DNA from: Haliotis cracherodii
Taxonomy: Eukaryota
Assembly (NCBI RefSeq): GCF_022045235.1
Contig: NW_027266274.1
Span: 4,154,001 to 4,218,000 of the forward strand
DNA: 64,000 nucleotides
Direction of reading: 5' to 3'
Made by a program: the position numbers and the translations under genes. This document shows positions 63,394-64,000 of the stretch, piece by piece. The notes below the pieces were generated by a model that saw nothing but the letters and a program-made list of their open reading frames with translations, did not search any database and was not told the origin of the DNA. The first letter of the stretch is position 1, and each line of letters begins with the position of its first letter.

Positions 63394-64000
63394 ATGGCGC
63401 CTAAAGGAAAAGCTCCCGCCATTGGCATAGACCTGGGAACCACCTACTCTTGTGTTGGTGTGTTCCAGAATGGAAAGGTGGAGATTATCGCCAACGACCA
63501 GGGCAACAGAACAACCCCCAGCTACGTGGCCTTCACTGACACTGAGCGTCAACTCGGGGATGCCGCTAAAAACCAGGTGTCGCTGAACCCACAGAACACT
63601 GTGTTTGACGCCAAGAGACTGATCGGCAGACAATTTGAGGACAGCTCTGTCCAAAACGACATGAAACACTGGCCGTTCCGCGTTGTCAACAGTTCAGGCA
63701 GTAAGCCCAAACTACAGGTGGAGTACAAGGGAGAAAAGAAGACGTTTGCACCCGAGGAAATTAGCTCCATGGTGCTGAGCAAGATGAAGGAGACAGCTGA
63801 GGCGTACCTTGGACAGCAGGTGACTGATGCAGTGATAACAGTGCCTGCATACTTCAACGACTCTCAGAGACAGGCGACCAAGGATGCGGGGGCCATTGCA
63901 GGGCTGAGAGTATTGAGAATCATCAACGAGCCTACTGCAGCTGCCCTGGCCTATGGTCTGGACAAGAACTTGAAGGGGGAGAGAAATGTGCTGATATTTG
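63394..64000 (+). CDS. hsp70: Inducible-type Hsp70, copy 4, 5' part (runs off the window)
   Basis: [19 protein letters not shown]..., open to the window end. Confidence 0.95.
   Translation, partial: MAPKGKAPAIGIDLGTTYSCVGVFQNGKVEIIANDQGNRTTPSYVAFTDTERQLGDAAKNQVSLNPQNTVFDAKRLIGRQFEDSSVQNDMKHWPFRVVNSSGSKPKLQVEYKGEKKTFAPEEISSMVLSKMKETAEAYLGQQVTDAVITVPAYFNDSQRQATKDAGAIAGLRVLRIINEPTAAALAYGLDKNLKGERNVLIF

Larger units (their letters stand above)
43637..64000 (+). repeat. Tandem array of hsp70 units (ATG-to-ATG 6228, 6203 and 6948 bp)
   Basis: Promoter, CDS, 3'UTR, SINE remnants, minisatellite and spacer are repeated at near identity. Confidence 0.98.

Overview
Eukaryotic (animal) genomic DNA. The SINE families and the Hsp70 type suggest a mollusc, probably abalone-like (inference, not searched). 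About 1-35.7 kb looks like the 5' introns of an unidentified minus-strand gene: a CArG/ETS/GC-box promoter and a perfect donor lie at ~35.5-35.7 kb, and a candidate first coding exon at 30476-30730. This part holds five tandem-repeat arrays, SINEs and non-autonomous DNA elements. About 36-43.6 kb is intergenic and contains a complete but dead Tc1 (DD34E) transposon and a MITE. About 43.6-64 kb is a head-to-tail array of four intronless inducible-type hsp70 genes (three complete, one cut by the window edge) in 6.2-6.9 kb units. Most interesting: (1) copy 2 is a precise copy-3/copy-1 chimera consistent with one unequal crossover, and it carries a private R421W change; (2) a family of 27-37 bp palindromes with 7-bp target duplications resembles P/Galileo-type excision footprints, with an empty site inside the window; (3) the 30-bp minisatellite behind each hsp70 appears to have grown out of the A-box end of a tRNA-derived SINE; (4) each hsp70 promoter has a compact HSE/kappaB/CRE/HSE module. 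I found no evidence for a new multi-gene system. The long ORFs other than hsp70 are tandem-repeat or antisense artefacts.
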